From assembly GCF_009914755.1 (NCBI RefSeq), contig NC_060942.1: 64,000 nucleotides of DNA; one strand, given 5' to 3'. Each line of letters starts with the position of its first letter. Position 1 is the stretch's first letter. The DNA is from the human T2T-CHM13v2.0 reference genome, Homo sapiens. Position numbers and translations under genes: made by a program. The notes below the pieces were generated by a model that did not search any database, was not told the DNA's origin, and was given only the letters and a program-made list of their open reading frames with translations. Of this stretch, positions 12,591 through 26,004 are shown one piece after another.

Positions 12591-14299
12591 CAATACAGTA
12601 TCTTCCCTGGAACTTTCATGTAGAAATATAGAATTAATGGTGAAGCTTACTGGTTCCTCCCAAATTTAGTTTGTTGGCAGCCACATCACAATAGATAAGC
12701 ATGCAAGCTGTGGCACATCTGTTGTTCTTTTGGTGGAAATTTAGTCATTCAGTTTTTACTTTAGCTATGTTATATAGGGCAGTTCTCCTTCTCCTCTCCT
12801 GCTTACCAAATTCATACTATTAGTTCTGTATTCAGTAATGAATTCTACAGTCATGGTTACGGTGAAAGTCTAAATTCTTAAGTGTGACATTCAAGACCCT
12901 CTATGAGCTGGCCCTCATACTTTCCTACCATCTCTCTCATTTTTCCTCATTTGCTGAAAGCGCTGGGTAAGTGTATTCATAATCACAACTTGTAGGTCCC
13001 CTGTCTACATATTTTCTTACGATGCACTTCTCATGTAGTATGGTGGTTCCCATCTAGAATTAATTATTGTCAATATTTCAAAAATCCTAATAGGAATTAA
13101 ACAGCCACCTAGAATAATAATCTCATAGACTAACTAAAATATGAAGTTTCTTGACTTTTGGCCAAAAATGCTAACTCACTGTGAAATACTGATTATCTCA
13201 TCTGATTAGAAACTCTGATTAACAGTAATGCATGGGTTTTTCTATCAAATTGAAAAGTGAAGTACCTCTTGATAAATGCAAATTTACTTATAATGACAAA
13301 TCTTTTAAACAACAACATGGGGTGGAGGAGGGAATAGGTAATTTAAAAATTGCCCCTTGGTGATAGAAAGTTTAGGAACCAATTGACCTACTGTGGTCTT
13401 TATTCTAGCCTCAATTTTTAAATTAAAATTCTTTACGTTTTTTGGCATCTCAAATAAATTCTTCCTCCATGAAGTCTTCCCCTATATTATCAAGAAGAAG
13501 TAATCTCTCCTTGCTTTTTGATCCTATATTATGGTATATATGCTGTTCTCATAGCAATCTGCTTTCCTGTTTTGTTGGCTCTAAGATACTATCAATTATA
13601 ATCTGTATCGTTATTTTATATACAACAAAGAAAGAGGAAACACTAACTACCAACTAAACTACAGCATATCATCTTGAATTTAAAATGTAAAAAAGTGCAA
13701 AAAATGTTACAGAATTGATGAGAAGCAACATGATGAGTAGTTTGCATTTCATTTCCCTTACTACATCTTTGAGAGCCTCATTTATTTCTGTTTCCTCAGG
13801 ACCTTATACTATGCCTTACATGTGGTGTATATTCAATATGTGTATTATGTTGAATTATTAGCTTAGAACTGCCCCAAAAGACTTTCAAAACTCGGTGACA
13901 TTAAGGCCCTTAATTTGTTTCTGTCTTTTGCATTCACTTATAGACAAGTCCCATCTATAAATTGGACTATAAAAAAGAAAGCATGGAATCCTAACAGACT
14001 CCTCATCTACATATCAGAAGTAAACATTTAAAAAATTTGTTAGTTTTCTCTTGTGCTTTTTATTCGGATAACTTGAAGTGCTATACAGAATATTCCCTAT
14101 TTGCAACTCTTGAACAATTTATTTTAAAAAATTGGGGCAAGCAGGGAAGAGCATACAGGAGCAAAAAGAGAGAAGGAAAAGTCAATTCAAAACTGAAATC
14201 TCTTCTTTTTGTCCCTGGAAAACACCATGGGCTTAGTGGACCAATGGATGTTTGATTGGCTGGATGGGTGGAGGTTTGGATGGATGATTTGATTAACTA

Positions 14300-14810
14300 T
14301 TACTACAATAGTGCTATGTAACCAACAACAACAAAACCTCAGTGCCATACAACAATTCACATTTATTTACTTCACATGGTTCAACTGGGCCCTCTGCTGA
14401 TCTTGGCTGGACTCAGCCACATATATATATACAGGCCAGCTGGGAGGCTGCTGGTCTAGGTGGGGCTAAGCTAGGGCATCTAGGCTGAAGTCATTCTGCT
14501 CCACATGCCTTTCCTCTTCCTGGGAACAGAGATCTGGCCTGGACATGTTCTCATGGTAATTGGCAGAGCGTAGAAGAGCAAGCAGAAACATACTGGTCTT
14601 CATAAGACTGAGGCTAGGCTCAGAGCTGTGCACTGTCACTTTTGCCACATTCTATTGGCTGAAGCAAGTAACATAACCAAACTCAAGTCAAGAAGCAGGG
14701 AAATACATCCTGCCTCTTCAGAGGAGGACTTGCAAAGTCACATGGCAAAGGGCATATAGTTACAGGAAGGAGCAAAGAATTGGGGTCAATGATGCCATTC
14801 TACCCTGTAT
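14300..14810 (-). mobile_element. MLT1I/J-like LTR
   Basis: ctgatcttggctggactcag...ttgcaaagtcacatggcaaaggg. Confidence 0.7.
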
Positions 14811-15248
14811 GGCAATGACGGTATCCTACACATAAATATTGATCTAGAGTTGACAAAGTATATTCACAAGTATTTTCTCATTTAATTTGAACAACTAAAT
14901 GAGAAGGGCAGAGTAGATATAATTATTACAACTTTACTAAACAAAAAGCAGGGGAGAGGAGGTGGGAAAACTTAGAGAACTTAAGAAACTTGTCCAAGAT
15001 ATACACTATTAAGTGGACACAATGGAATTAAAATCCACATTACAGTAGTCATTTTGGGTTATCACTTACAGTTTCACTGTAGGCATAGAGTTTGTGTGCT
15101 TTTGGTAAAGGACTATGTCAATTCAGAACAATTCCTGATATTGGCCTTTATCTTTGGGAACAACCAACCACACCCAAAGTTCCTTGGATGTCAGCTCTGG
15201 CTGGCTTCTAGGCTACATATATAAGCACAAGTTGCTGCTTGTTTTTAG

Positions 15249-15328
15249 ATAAATACATTAATTTGTGAAGAGATTGGGCTGGGTGTACCAAGAATGATGA
15301 AAAACCACATTGATGGCTGCACTGAAAT
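15249..15328 (+). pseudogene. Exon ending TAGT-like domain 1
   Basis: Acceptor ttgtttttag|, donor at|gtaaac; phase 0 to 2, open; INTLICEEIGLGVPRMMKNHIDGC resembles recalled GREB1 [29 protein letters not shown]. Confidence 0.6.
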
Positions 15329-15670
15329 GTAAACAGCATCACACACTGATAAACTGCTTATGGATTTTCTGTCTTCAACTGATTGGAAAATAGACTAGTT
15401 TGAGGTGATGAACTGTTAACATGTTGGAAGTAATTGGTTTAGTAAGAAAAAAGGTGTTAGTTTAGAAATATCAATATTGCTGCCCTCCTGGTAGATTAAT
15501 ATATAGTATAAACAGAACAAAATCAGAGCTCCCCAATGATCTGATAATTTATTATTTCATTTACCACCACATCCAGCTCACAAACATGACTCTCAGAGTA
15601 TGTAGGTTTTTTCATCTCTACCAGAAACACTGTCACCTTGCTATTCAATTGCTGCCGTTTACATACAGAG

Positions 15671-16181
15671 TGTCAAAAAACACAATTACAACAAATTTAG
15701 CTTAAATATCTCAATTGGCTTTATTGTGATTCTAGAACAGGGCAACACTTCATTCCATAAAATAAAATAAGTGTTCCAGTGAACTGAACAGGGGAGGTTG
15801 GCTTTATATACATAAAAGGGGATGAAGAAAGGAGAAACAAAGAACGAAAATGAATTGGCCATTTCAAAGTTAATTTCCTTGCAAGGCAGGGATAGGGAGA
15901 CAGAACAATCTGAGGGGTTAACAGCAGGTTACTTCGGGTCAGTCTGTTGTAAGGATTAAAACAGAGGGAATATCATTTTCATGCTGATTGAAGATTGAAA
16001 CTCGTCTCTTTGGGAAATTGGGCTATCTCTCTCTTCTGATTTCTTGGAAGGCCAGATAACAACAACTCAGGGTGGGTTTGGTGAGCATGGGTGATTCCAT
16101 CTTGATTTTTAGTCTGGTCTGTTGGAACCCAGTGCAGGAGTTTAGTCCAAAACAATGGCCTCGCATAGTTTTTATTTAATA
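15671..16181 (-). mobile_element. MER31-like ERV1 LTR
   Basis: Reverse complement reads ttaaataaaaactatgcgaggccattgttttggactaaactcctgcact; 4-bp TSD agag. Confidence 0.8.
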
Positions 16182-16779
16182 AGAGGGAGGAAGCATGAAG
16201 GTCAAGGTCACCTAATGAAATAAAGATTGGGAGTAGAAATAGGAGGGATAATTGAAGTTCCCAGTAACTTTCTAATAATTATACCAATAACTCTTAGTCA
16301 ACCTAGTCTTCAGTGGGAACCATCCTTGAGCCTCCTGCCAAACACACGCAAAGTTAGGACCCCTGTTAGGATCTCAGAGCATCCTACACTGTTCTTTTGT
16401 AGCACTGTGTCATTTGCAATGCACTGTTTATTCATATGACTATGATTATGAATTGTCACATCCTACTTAGACTGTTAGACTTATGAGGAGAAATCAGGAC
16501 ATTTCTGGTTCATCTCTTACATCCTAGGACCTAGAACAATGCCTCCTACATATTAGGCACTCTTCACATTCGCCAGATGAAAGACTGATTTAATGTCACC
16601 AGTTTTTATCACTTCTGCCTCCTTACAGCATGTTCTCCGTGACTCAGAATGGAGAGGGTATAGGAGAAAGCATGCTCTTGATCAGGTGCCCTGTCCCACT
16701 TTCTGAGGGTTTCTCCTCGTGAATAAAACACAGCTCTTTCTATTCTTCTTTCCCATCTCTTGACACCAGCCTTCATGCT

Positions 16780-17222
16780 CTGTACTCCAGATGCATTGCC
16801 CTCCATTGCCCTTCTTTCAGTTCCTGAACCTGCAAGCCCACCAGCCCCTGGGTCACTGCACAAATAGCCCATCTGCCCTGAACACCAACTATGCACCCCC
16901 TCCTACCATTTAAATGACTCATCTCCCACCTGCAGGTCAAGCATTGCCTTAGGGAAGCCTTTATTGACTCCCCAGACTAGGTCAGGTGTCCCATGTCCCA
17001 TCACAGTCTCTCACAGAATCACCTACTGCTCTCTTTGGTCGCAGAAACCACAGTTGCTATTTTTCATTTGTTTGTGCTCCATGAAGGCAGCAACCATCAC
17101 AATTTTGCTTACCACCTAAACCCCTGAGTTTTGCTCACCATTTAACACTCAGAGTTTGACATTGTACCTGACATTTGTTCAGAACTAAATAAATATTTAT
17201 TGAATGAATCAATCGATGAAGG
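16780..17222 (+). mobile_element. L2 3' end
   Basis: cttagggaagcctttattgactcccagactagg...aaatatttattgaatgaat. Confidence 0.7.
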
Positions 17223-17269
17223 AAACGCACACGCACACATCTCTTACATCTCTTCCTCTCTTCCCGTAG

Positions 17270-17409
17270 GCATGAGAACCCAGACGCAATAAATCTGACT
17301 CTACAATTAACTTTCTTTGATATATCGATACATTTGAATTCAAGTGACCCAGGTTTTAGCCAAGAAACAAGTCCCAACAAATTGTCCACAGATTCTTTGC
17401 CTAATTCAG
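17270..17409 (+). pseudogene. Linker exon of decayed gene
   Basis: Very strong acceptor ctcttcctctcttcccgtag|; open 140 nt, phase 2 to 1, HENPDAINLTLQLTFFDISIHLNSSDPGFSQETSPNKLSTDSLPNS; donor cag|gcaaga (GC). Confidence 0.6.
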
Positions 17410-17729
17410 GCAAGATGTTTCTTTCACCTCAGGCTACCTATTAGGAATCGTTTAATTAAAAAAAAAAAAAAAAGATGCAAAAATACCTGTCTCCTTAGAG
17501 AGAGAGTTTATCTCACCATCAAACCAATCATTAGTGAGCTTTCTCTTTATAACTGTTTTCTGATTTATCACAGTTTATCACTCATATTTTAAAAACTCCT
17601 TCTATACCCACCCTGCCACATATGGCCACAGCTTGTTTGCAAAGAATGCTGATCATGCTTTCAAACAAAACTGTTCCCATATGCTTGTGATTCATTTCCC
17701 CCTTCCTGCCTTTGCTTCATTTGTTTTAG

Positions 17730-17831
17730 AATTGGAGTTTAATTTTGAAACCATTGCTGTGACAGGAAGTGACTAGGGAGAGGAAGAATTAGAAGAGAGG
17801 GACCTCAGAGCTGAGAGGGATGAATGAAATG
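17730..17831 (+). pseudogene. Acidic linker exon of decayed gene
   Basis: Acceptor ttcatttgttttag|, donor atg|gtatgt; phase 1 to 1; ELEFNFETIAVTGSD*GEEELEERDLRAERDE*N. Confidence 0.6.
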
Positions 17832-18502
17832 GTATGTTGCTTATTCAACCCACAGATGGGATCAAAGACTGTTAGATTGAAAAAGCCCTTTAAAGTAATA
17901 CCATATTCCCACTTGATCCTTTCCTTCCAGCTTAAAGCAGAGGGCTGGGAAAAACATGATCTTATCTCCATTTCTGGAATGCATGACAGTCCCATTATAT
18001 ACCTTACAACAGAATAGCAGCATAGGGCTCAGTTGCTGACCAGAGTGACATTTTGAAAAGTGCAAGCATCCTGTCTCCAAGGAATATTAATAAAATCATG
18101 AAATGAGTTGGCTGATATTTTCTGCTGCCTATTGCAACTCAACACATGACCTTTTAATGGAGCAAAATATTTGTAATATAAAACTAGCCTGGCATTCTTA
18201 GATAATTTATTCATTCAACAAATATTATTCAGCATCCATTATGTGTCATAGCCCTTTCTAGGCATAGGATTCAAGAGTGAAAAAAAACAAAGAAATATCC
18301 TGCCCTCACAGAGCTTATATTCTAAAGGGAGAGGACAAACAACCAAGCAAGAATATATATATGTACTATAAAGGAAGAAGAAGGGAAAAGGACAGAAATG
18401 CAGGGGAGTGAGGTTGGGGGGTTGTTATTCTGAAAAGGATGGTCAGAAAAAGGTCTTATCTATCAGGTAAAGAGGTAAACCACATGGCCATGGAGGGGAC
18501 AA

Positions 18503-21313
18503 TGTGTTAGGCCATTTCTGCATTACTATAAAGGAATACCTGAGACTGGGTAATTTATAAAGAAAAGGGGTTTAATTGGTTCATGGTTTTGCAGGCTATA
18601 TAAGCATGGCACCAACATCTGGTCAGCTTCTAGTTCAGGCCTCAGGAAGCTTACAATCATGGCAGAAGGTGAAGCAGGAGCAGGCATATCACATGGTGAG
18701 AGCAGGGGCAAGAAAGAGAAGGAAGAGGTTTCAGACTTAAACAACCAGATATTATGTGAACTCAGTGAGAACTCACTCATCACCAAATGGATGGTGCTAA
18801 GCCATTTGATATGGTTTGGCTGTGTCCCCACCCAAATCTCATCTTGAATTCCCACATGTTGTGGGAAAGACCTGCTGGGAGGTAACTGAATCATGGGGGC
18901 AGGTCTTTCCCATGCTGTTCTCATGATAGTGAATAAATCTCACAAGATCTGATGGTTTTAAAAAGAGGAGTACCACTGCACAAGCTCTCTCTCTTTGCCT
19001 ACTGCCATCCATGTAAAACGTGACTTGCTCCTCCTTGCTTTCCACCAAGATTGTGAGGCCTCTCCAGCATGTGGAACTGTAAGTTCATTAAACCTCTTTC
19101 TATTGTAAATTGCCCAGTCTTATGTATGCCTTTATCAGCAGCATGAAAATGGACTAATACATTGTTCATGAGGGATCTGCCCCCATGATCCAATCACCTC
19201 CCACTAGGACCCACCTTCAACATTGGGAATCACATTTCAATAAGAGATTTTGAGGGGACATACATCCAAACCATATCATTCCACCCTTGGCCCTCCCAAT
19301 TTCATGTCCTTCTCACATTTCAAAATACAATCGTGCCTTTGCAATAGTCCCCCAAAGTCTTAACTTGTCCTCACCTTAACTCAAAAGTCCCAAAGTCCAA
19401 AGTCTTATCTAGAGATGGGTTCCTTCCACCTATGAGGCTGTGATATCAAAAGCAAATTATTTACTTTCAAGATACAATGGTAGTATAGGCATTGAGGATA
19501 CAGTCCCATCCCAAAAGGGAGAAATCAGCCAAAGAAAGGGGTAATAGGCCTCAAACAAGTCTGAAACCCAGTTGGGCAGTCATTTAATCTTAAAATTCTA
19601 AAATAATCTTTGACTCTATATCCCACATCCTGGGCACAATTGTGAAAGGGGTGGGCTCTCAAAGCTTTGGGCAGCTCTGTCTCTGTGGCTTTGCAGGGTG
19701 CAGCCCATGTGGCTGTTCTCATGGGTTGGAATTGAGTGCTTGTGGCTTTTCCAGACAGAGGATGCAAGCTGCCAATGAATCAACCATTCTCAGGTCTGGA
19801 GGGTGGTGGCCTCCTTCCCACCACTCCACTAGGCAGTCCCTTGGTAGGCACTCTGCATGAAGTCTCCAACCCCACGTTTCTCCTTTGCACCACCCTAGTA
19901 GAGTTTCTCTGGTGGAGGCTCCACCTCTGCAGAAGGCTTCTGCCTGGGCACCCAGGCTTTTCCACCCATCCTCTGAAATCCAGCTGGAATCCTCCAAGCC
20001 TCCTTCACACTTAACACCATGTGGAAACTGCCAAGGCTTGTGGCTTGCACCCTCAAGAGCTGTGGCTCAAGCTTTACCTGGACTCCTTTGAGCTGCAGCT
20101 GCAGCTGGAGTTGGAGCAGTTGGAATGCAGGGAGCAGTGTCCTGAGGCTGCACAGGGAAGCAGAGCCCAGGGCTTGACCCCTGAAACCATTCTTTTCTTC
20201 TAGGCCTCTGGGTCCATGATGGAAGGGGCTGCCTCAGAAATCTCTGAAATGCCTTCCAGGACTTTTCCCATTGTCTTGGATATTAGCACTTGGCTTCCTT
20301 TTAGTCATGCTAATCTAGCAAGTGGTTGCTCCACAGCCCACTTGAATTCCTCTCCTGAAAATGCTCTTTTTTCCTCTATCACATGGCCAGGTTGTGACTT
20401 TTCCAAATTTTTACACTCTGCTTCCCTTTTAAATATAGGTTCCAACTTTAAATCATTCTTTTGCTCCTATATCTGATCCTGGCTATTGGAAGGAGCCAGG
20501 CCACAACTTGAATGCTTTACTATTTAGAAATTTCTTCCACCAGATACCCTAAGTCATCACTGTTAAGTTCAAACTTCCAGAGCCCTAGGACATGGACACA
20601 ATGCAGCTAAGTTCTTTGCTAAAACATAAAATGGGTGACCTTTGCTCCAGTTCGCAATAACTTCCTCATTTCCATCTGAGACTTCATCAGTCTGGACTTC
20701 ACTGTCCATATCTCTATCAGCATTTTGGTCACAACCACCTAACCAGCCTCTAAGAAGTTCCAAACCTTCCTTTGTCTTCCTGTCTTCTTTTGAGCCCCCC
20801 AAACTCTTCTACCCTCTGCCTGATACCCAGCTCCAAAGCCACTACCACATTTTCAGGTATCTTTATATCAATGTCCCATGCTTCAGTATCAATTTTCTGT
20901 ATTAGTGCATCCTTGTGTTACTATAAAGGAATATCTGAGACCAGATAATTTAAAAAGAAAAGAGGTTTAATTGGCTCACGGTTTTGCAGGCTATACAAGC
21001 ATGGTATCAACATCTGCTAGGCTTCTGGTGAGAGCTTCAGGAAGCTTACAATCATGGTGGAAGACAAAGTGGAACCAAGAACAACATGTGGCTAGAGCAG
21101 GAGCAAGAGAGAGAAGGGGGAGGTCCCAGACTCTTTTAAACAATCAGATCTTGCACGAACTAACTGAGCAAGAATTCACTCATCACCAAGGGGATGGTGC
21201 TAAGCCACTCATGAGGGATTCTCCCCCATAACCCCCGACCAGACCCCACCTCCAACACTGGGCATCACATTTCAACATGAGATTTGGAGGGGACAAACAT
21301 CTAAACCATATCA
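18503..21313 (-). mobile_element. Full-length MSTB MaLR (LTR 18503-19278, internal 19279-20897, LTR 20898-21313)
   Basis: Two homologous LTRs ending ccatatca, MST/THE1-type internal sequence, TSD gacaa/gacag. Confidence 0.9.
18807..19161 (+). mobile_element. THE1A/B solo LTR nested in the MSTB LTR
   Basis: tgatatggtttggctgtgtcccc...ggactaataca. Confidence 0.9.
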
Positions 21314-21731
21314 GACAGGGAGTGCACTCTATACAGATGAAGAAGCAAGTGCCAAAGTTCTGAGGCAGGAACACGTGTAGCATACTTGAGAAGCACCAAG
21401 GAAGCTGATGCTACTAATATGAAGCATCAGAGATAAAGTGAGCCAGTCAGAAGCAAGCCAATCCCATAGGCCTGTGTAGACTATTACTATTTGAGAAATT
21501 GAGGTTTTACTCTACATGAGACAGGAGATAACTGATGGTTTTCGAATAAGGAGTGACATGATCTGACTTCTATTTTCAAATATTCATCTGACTGCTGTGT
21601 TGAACTAGACTATAGGGGGTGGAACAAGGACAGACACAGAGAGACCCATTAGACCGGAGGCTAGGTGATACTCCACACAAGAGATGAGGGTACTCTGAAA
21701 CAGGGTTATCGGAGAGAAAATGGTAAGAAGG

Positions 21732-22260
21732 TATATTCATTTCTTATAACAAAGTACTGCAAACTTGGTGATATAAAGCAACAGACATTTATTCTCTCAC
21801 AGTTCTGGAGGGCAGAAGTCCCAAATCAGCATTGTTGAGCCAATATTTAGGTGTCAGCAAGGTGCATGCCCTTCAGAAGCTTAGTGGGGAATCTGTTCTT
21901 TGGCTCCTGCAGCCTCTGGTGGATGTTGGCTTGTGGTTGCATCACTCCAGTCTTCAAGGCCAGCATCTTCTCATCTCTTTTCTCTCTCTTGCCTCTCTCT
22001 TCCTCTCTCTCTCTGCTCCATCATCCCCTTCTCCTCTGTATCTATCAAGACTCCCTCCACCTCCTTTTTGTAAGGATACATGTCATTGTATTTAGGTCCC
22101 ACCTGAATAATCCAGGATCATCCCCTCATCTCAATATCCTTAATCACATCTGCAAAGACGTTCCCCCCTCCCTTTTAAGTAGCTATATAAAATAACATTT
22201 ACAGATTCCAGAGATTAGGATATGAAAGTCTTTTGGAGAGCATTTTTTCAGCTTATTATA
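21732..22260 (-). mobile_element. MLT1B/C LTR
   Basis: atttattctctcacagttctggagg...; TSD gaagg. Confidence 0.8.
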
Positions 22261-22595
22261 GAAGGGATCAGAAAATGAATTTTTTTAAAGGAATAACCTG
22301 TAGGATTTTTAGATTACTTTTTGAGTGGGAGAGAAAGAAATAAGGTGACCCCAAAGCTTTTGGTCTTTGCACTATTTCTCAGAGGCAGATTCTGGAAAAA
22401 TAGGTTCAGATAAGAGGACGAACTCAGTTTTGGAGATGTTAAATGTGAAAACCCTATAAAATATACAAATCGTGCTTTAATAGGGAGTTAGACTTAAGTC
22501 TGGATTTCAGAGAAGGTCAGACAGGGCCTATACAGTTGTGAATCATTGGTATACAGGTAGAATGTAAAGCCATAAGACAAAGTGAGGCTACACAG

Positions 22596-23142
22596 TGTGG
22601 CAGTCTGAAACTGTGTTAAGTTGGCTAAACTGTAATTACATGTCCAGAACTTCTTTCCTTGTACGGTTATACATTAGCATTGACCAAGAAAGAACTTCGC
22701 ATAAGACTGGAAGGTAGAAGTGAAGCAGCTGCCATTGTTCTTCCAGGGGTGTCTGATTAGATACTGAGGGAGACAGACAGAGAGGGGCGGGGGACTCCAG
22801 CCTCTCGGTCTTCCCCACACTGCATCCAGCTTCTCCTGCGACAACAGCAGCCCCAGGCCCACCAGCCAGCTTGGCGGCAACAGCCTTCCCCGGACATCTA
22901 TGTCTCTCCTTCCCAGTCCCACTTTTGCAGCTGGGTGTGCCTTTGGAAGCACAAACTCGTCCGCCCACCCCAGTGCTTCAGGAGGGCTGGTAGTGACTTT
23001 TCTCTCATCTCTTCAACTCCCCCTTTCAGACTCTTCCTTCCCTAGCTTCTTACACAATTGTATGAGGTCTTACTCCAATAACAAGCCCCATTCAGTAATA
23101 CTCATCATGATTCTGCTTCCCTGATTAAACCCTGACTACCTG
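22596..23142 (+). mobile_element. ERVL LTR (MLT2F/LTR52-like)
   Basis: tgtggcagtc...ttggctaaactgtaattacat...ttctgcttccctgattaaaccctgact. Confidence 0.55.
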
Positions 23143-23871
23143 TATCTATGGAGTGAATCTAGATGGTGACAAGTCTGAGAACCGAATCCTGGGACACCCC
23201 AAAGTTTGGAAATGAGAGAGAAAAGGAAGAATCGAGGAAGAAAACTAAGCAGGAATGATCAGTGGGCAGAAGAGCCTGAAGCTTATACAATTTTGGCATC
23301 CATCTTAAAGAAAAAGTATATAAAATTAAAATTAAATACAAATATGAGTATACATTTAGAATGGGAAAAATCACATCAAATTGCAGTTTTTAAAAGCTGA
23401 CAAATATAATAAATAATGTGAAGGTCCTTTAGGTCCCACCTGGATAATCCAGGACAATATCCTCATGTCAAGATCCTTATTTTAATCACATCTGCAAAAC
23501 TCCTCCCCTCTTTAAAAATAGCTATTTAAGGTAACATTCATAAATTCCATAATATTTTTGATTATTTAACTGCCTGATACACTCCTACATTTGTATCTTT
23601 ACGTATTTGGGCTGCATACTTTTAAAATAACTCTTTATATTTCAGTTGTTTTTTACCGTTATTTTCTATAAGGAAAGTAGAAAAATAATCACTTTTCCTT
23701 CTGGCATGATTGAGCACAGTTTTTAAATTATTCTTAGCTTGTAAGCATAAAATGCATAAAATCAGTGTCTTCACACACAAACTTCCTTGGTGTCTATAGT
23801 CCTGATAGAGTTTAAGCAATCCTTAATTAAAACAACCTGATTCAAAAGTAAGCAAAGGACTTAAATAGACA

Positions 23872-24231
23872 TGCATTAGTCCCTTTTCATGCTGCTGATA
23901 AAGACATACCCAAAACTGGGAAGAAAAAAAAGAGGTTTAATTGGACTCACAGTTCCACATGGCTGGGGAGGCTGCAGAATCATGATAGGAGGCAAAAGGC
24001 ACTTCTTACATGGTGACGGCAAAAGAAAATGAGAAAGAAGCAAAAGAAGAAACCCCAATAAACCCATCAGGTCTTGTGAGACTTATTCACCATCATGAGA
24101 ACAGCGTGGGAAAGACTGGCCCCCATGATTCAATTACCCGCCTGGGTCCTTACCACAACATGGGGGAATTCTGGGAGATACAATTCAAGTTGAGATTTGG
24201 GTGGGGACACAGCCAAACCATAACCATATCA
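23872..24231 (-). mobile_element. THE1C/D solo LTR nested in L1
   Basis: tgcattagtcc...ccatatca; TSD agaca. Confidence 0.9.
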
Positions 24232-24962
24232 AGACATGTCTCCAAAGAAGATATACAAATAACCAGTATGCACATGAGAAGATGCTCAACATTACTAATC
24301 ATTAGGGAAATGCAAATCAAAACCACAATGAGATATCATTCACCCCCATTGGGGTGGCTATTATTTTTTTTAAAAATCAGAAAATAACAAGTGTTTGCAA
24401 GGATGTAAGAAATTGAAACTCTTGCGCGTTGTTGGTGAAAATGTAAAATGGAATAGCCAATGTGAAAAATAGTATGGCAGTTCCTCAAAAAATTAAAAAT
24501 AGAATTACCATATGATCCAGCAATTCCACTTCAGGGTATATACCCCAAGGAATTGAAAGCAGGATCTCAAGGAGATATTTCACACCCATGTTATTTACAA
24601 TAGCTAAAATGTGGAAGCAAGATAAGCAATATGTGATGTATGCATACAATGGAATATTATTTAGCCTTTAATAGAAAGGAAATTCTGACATATGCTATGT
24701 GGATAAAACTTGGGGACATTATGCTAAGTGAAATAAGCCAGTCCCAGAAAGACAAATACTGAATGATTCCACTTACATGAGGTACTTAGAGTCATTAAAA
24801 TCATAGAGACAAAAAGTAGAATGGTGGTTGCCAGAGGTTTGGGGGAGGGGAGAATTGAGAGTTATTGTTTAATAGGTATGGAGTTTCCATTTCACAAGAC
24901 GAAAGAGTTATGGAGTTAAGATGAAGGAGTTATGGTGGTGATGGTTGCACAACATTATGAAT

Positions 24963-25290
<328 letters not shown>

Positions 25291-25320
25291 TTTAATTCTT
25301 TTTTAAAAGATTTTTAAAAT

Positions 25321-25447
25321 TCTTTTTGTAGAGATGAGGGTCTCACAATGTTCCCCAGGCTGCTCTTGATCTCCTGGACTCAAGTGATTCTGCCACCTCA
25401 GCCTCTCAAAGTACTGGGATTACAGGCATGAGCCACTGCACCCGGCT
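25321..25447 (-). mobile_element. FLAM/Alu monomer
   Basis: Reverse left-arm monomer. Confidence 0.85.
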
Positions 25448-26004
25448 CCTGAATATATTTAATACCACTGAACAAAACACCTAAAAATGGTTAAGATGGT
25501 AAATTTTATGTTCTGTGTGTTTCACCACAATTTTTAAAATTAGACAGAAGTATATAGTACATATTTAATTGTATTCCTTTGTACTCCTGATAAGAGAGAA
25601 CTTCCATTCGGATGAAGCATCAAATAATTGAATTTTACAAAAAGAGCTTATAATTTCACATATCTGATGCTAAGAAGAATTGTCTACAACTACTTTTCAA
25701 ACCTTGTTTCCCTTTCACTCTCACACACTTCCAGTGCTGCGTACTATACGCCACATTGATAGCAGGTTTTCATTTCTGCCCTCCCACCTTTGCCTCAATT
25801 CCAGTTAAGCCAGTACCCTGGGCAGTAGGAGAACTCCTCCAAGCACTCCTATTCCAGAGGGATAGAAAAAACTCAGCCACCCACAGGAGAAACTGCAAAC
25901 CACATAAATACATCCCACTAAACCCAAACTAAACATATCTCCAACTCAACTCAATCTCCAAAATACAGTCATCCTAATATTCCAATACCATCTCACACAA
26001 GGGC

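Larger units (their letters stand above)
18205..22590 (-). mobile_element. L2 (fragmented by MSTB and MLT1 insertions)
   Basis: ttattcattcaacaaatatt... start; L2 text resumes at 21314 and 22261. Confidence 0.65.

Noticed and set aside
12104-15328. Sushi/CCP domain (GVWSINTLICEEI)
   Set aside because: The cysteine pattern is incomplete, the intron position is atypical, and neighbouring exons fit the GREB1/TAGT order better.
19279-20897. Cluster of short ORFs in the MSTB internal region
   Set aside because: Fragmented MaLR internal sequence with no intact gag-like frame.
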